Positions 62,601 to 64,000 of a DNA stretch of 64,000 nt are shown piece after piece. The notes under the pieces are model-generated. The model had not been told where the DNA came from, did not search any database, and saw only the letters and a program-made list of their open reading frames with translations. The DNA comes from Phoronis australis (lineage: Eukaryota; Animalia; Phoronida). The position numbers were made by a program, and so were the translations under genes. The stretch is taken from assembly GCA_002633005.1 (NCBI GenBank), contig NMRA01000207.1:179408-243407 (forward strand), given 5' to 3'. Positions within the stretch are counted from its first letter, which is position 1; the number at the start of each line of letters is the position of its first letter.

Positions 62601-63291
62601 GTTCTTAATGGAAGGTTAGGTTTGGACGTCACAGAGCCGTCTCTGGAAAATAACGTGAATTGACTAGCCTGCTTAAGTGTTACGCATTTACTACGATCTA
62701 ATGCTAGCGCATAACACGTCGCAGAGAGAACGTGATGACGATACCTAGTGGAATTAAAACTTTAAGTAAAAGACAATTATTGTGATGTGAGGAACAATCG
62801 GTGTCTTTGTTGGGAGACAAGCCAGCCTTCGTTGCTAACTTACTCGACGTAACTGGAATAACCACCCATGAACCGTCTAGTCTCTGCAGTGCTAGCTACT
62901 TATTTCCATGGCGATCCTTCCAAAAATAAGTATATAAATGCAACATAAAAATGATATAGTATAAGATGAGATAACGTGAGTGAGACAATTACTTAGAGTT
63001 GAGAATAAGAACTCTGCAAGAAAGTGAGAAGCCCTATTCGCCCTCTACAGGCAGTCGAACGAATACACTTACAACACCAACGGTACTAATATATTTTGAT
63101 TTTGACACTCAAATACGCCAATGTTCGTGTTCTTTACAGAATTCGAGCGCTTGCTGTCGGCGTTGAAGATCGGTAGCACATCCAGTAAGGTGGAGACAGT
63201 CAAGGACGAACACGAAGGCCATAACCATAAGAGGAGCGTCAGGATGAAAAGGGAAGCGGGACATGAAGAGGAGTTTAAAGACGTCAGCAAG
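44727..63291 (+). CDS. SLC39A4/12-like: ZIP4/ZIP12-like (SLC39A, LIV-1 subfamily) zinc transporter, N-terminal ectodomain exons 1-5; gene continues beyond the window
   Basis: Exons 44727-44912, 57562-57876, 60497-60605, 61891-62004 and 63140-63291 join in compatible phases (~292 aa). Signal peptide, Cys-led modules (CLQ.., CFSPASIF), His-rich tracts and FERLLSALKIG. The transmembrane ZIP domain is not in the window, so the family call rests on ectodomain resemblance. Confidence 0.75.
45490..47612 (+). mobile_element. 5'-truncated decayed RTEX-like LINE in ZIP intron 1
   Basis: NPNNYRGVSV, EEQAGFK, SKAFDSV, GCVLSPWLF, FADDLVL, YKYLGVTF and C-terminal ICGICCLGEIEDEPHFMCRCP. AATAAA at 47561 is followed by an (ATT)n tail. 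Confidence 0.9.
47041..47271. repeat. 40-bp tandem repeat (5 full units plus partial) inside the LINE
   Basis: Unit TATAGAGAAAGGGAGA(C/T)ATATGGGTATTCCTTACATGTAA. Confidence 0.95.
49960..50115. repeat. Dispersed repeat shared with 8893-9040
   Basis: Collinear similarity described at 8893-9040. Confidence 0.6.
51373..51487 (+). mobile_element. MITE family A copy
   Basis: TTCAGTAACGCTAGGACCT...AGGTCCTAGCAGTACTGAAC. Confidence 0.8.
53770..54290 (+). mobile_element. CR1-type LINE 3' end fragment
   Basis: HYNLRNKS and YGAKLWNSLPNE, a (GT)n tract, then AATAAA and a (GATTT)n tail. Confidence 0.65.
55230..55830 (-). mobile_element. Decayed DNA transposon fragment with Cys-rich finger (Academ-like)
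   Basis: RCKCKKNMCAGKLSLCCNAGSNCTEMCSCDN resembles the C-terminal Cys8 finger of Academ-type proteins; no intact ORF. Confidence 0.45.
56026..56158 (+). mobile_element. MITE family A divergent copy
   Basis: GGGTCGAGTTCA...AAAATCTAGCCAAA...CTAGCGTTATTGAACTCGATCCC. Confidence 0.65.
56503..56640 (+). mobile_element. MITE family A copy
   Basis: GTTCAGTAATGCTAGGACCT...AGGTCCTAGCGTTACTGAAC. Confidence 0.8.
57562..57876 (+). CDS. SLC39A4/12-like: ZIP-like coding exon 2 (His-rich)
   Basis: cag|CLQNVS...HDHDHDHEHENEHSEETK|gtaagt. Confidence 0.85.
59841..60378. mobile_element. Kolobok-like non-autonomous transposon, copy 2
   Basis: TTAA|AGAGGCCTGGAAC...GTTCCATGGCTCT|TTAA; homologous to 3655-4143. 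Confidence 0.75.
60497..60605 (+). CDS. SLC39A4/12-like: ZIP-like coding exon 3
   Basis: cag|CFSPASIFHDAGLEGKDATPQKLGIIASLVVYSLYE(G)|gtatat. Confidence 0.8.
61891..62004 (+). CDS. SLC39A4/12-like: ZIP-like coding exon 4
   Basis: cag|GQKIGSCPSKNEALQKLFKGNLFHLLGIEENKTTLTSA|gtgagt. Confidence 0.8.
63140..63291 (+). CDS. SLC39A4/12-like: ZIP-like coding exon 5
   Basis: cag|EFERLLSALKIG...HEGHNHKRSVRMKREAGHEEEFKDVSK|gtgcaa. The donor is weak, so the 3' boundary is less certain. Confidence 0.78.
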
Positions 63292-63660
63292 GTGCAACAT
63301 TTCAGAACTAATATGTGTAAAGTGGATAAGCACATTTACCATTTCTGGACTCCCTGATTTAACAAATCGTCAAAGTAACGAATCGGTATTTCAAAAGCTA
63401 TCGAATATAGAGATTTATTTTTGCTCATGTTTGCTTTCACTAAATTCCAGAATTGTTCATATTACTTATCGCACTCTGTTCATTTCCTCGGTATAGTGTT
63501 CTTAGACCATTTACTAACTAAAAGCTGGTCTCAGATTTCTCCCTTTTGCCTGCATACTCGCGCGAGAAGTGGTATGGCCGGGCTTGGAAAAGGAGTGGTC
63601 AGTGTACTAATGCTTAATATGCTCAACTTAGAAAATGACCCGCCGTGATAAACTAGGGCA

Positions 63661-63796
63661 GAATTCAGTAGATGTCTCGCGGCGAGAAAAATCTAACCAG
63701 AATCATCACGTGTTCTCATTCAAAATACACGGCAATATCTCGCGTAATCTCGCAAAGTTTTGGTTTTCTAGGGAGGTCCTACTAGCGTTATTAAAC
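63661..63796 (+). mobile_element. MITE family A copy
   Basis: Shared core CACGTGTTCTCATT.AAAATACACGGCAATATCTCGCGTAATCTCGC...AGGTCCTA. Confidence 0.7.
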
Positions 63797-64000
63797 TTTA
63801 ACCTTCTTGCTGAGCTTGGCCCCAAGCAATACCAGTTATTTCCGAGCCCAGAAATCAAACACGTGTTTGAATAAGGAACACGTTGAGGCAAATTTTAAAT
63901 ATCTTAGGTGTGAAATCCCAGATATGTAACATTTTAAGTAAAGAATTTTAATCAGTAATCGTTAGAGATTTTTTCAGTGTTTCAGCGGTGATGACTTGAT

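Noticed and set aside
10282-63291. Functional cluster of aquaglyceroporin, sulfotransferase and zinc transporter
   Set aside because: Animal gene neighbours are usually unrelated, and no shared regulatory element or synteny evidence is visible in the window.

Overview
AT-rich, intron-containing animal genomic DNA, most likely from a marine invertebrate (inferred). Four host loci can be supported. (1) A complete 7-exon aquaglyceroporin (AQP3/7/9/10 type, +, 10282-20932, 304 aa) whose first NPA box reads NPS. (2) An intronless minus-strand orphan gene (27021-26001) split by one +1 frameshift, with repeated AKAP-like amphipathic helices. (3) An intronless P-loop sulfotransferase-like CDS (+, 30584-31858). 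(4) The first five coding exons of a ZIP4/ZIP12-like (SLC39A) zinc transporter ectodomain (+, 44727-63291, continuing past the window). The remainder is dense with transposon debris: decayed RTEX- and CR1/L2-type LINEs, several MITE families, Penelope-like remnants with minimal hammerhead ribozyme motifs and inverted termini, an Academ-like fragment and a 43-bp higher-order minisatellite. The most striking element is a 548-bp non-coding miniature LTR retroelement (TRIM, 1991-2538) whose LTRs embed a tRNA-like Pol III A/B-box module, with a tRNA-Ser primer-binding site and a polypurine tract (Helenus/Cassandra-like). All coordinates, alignments and counts were made by eye, without database searches.
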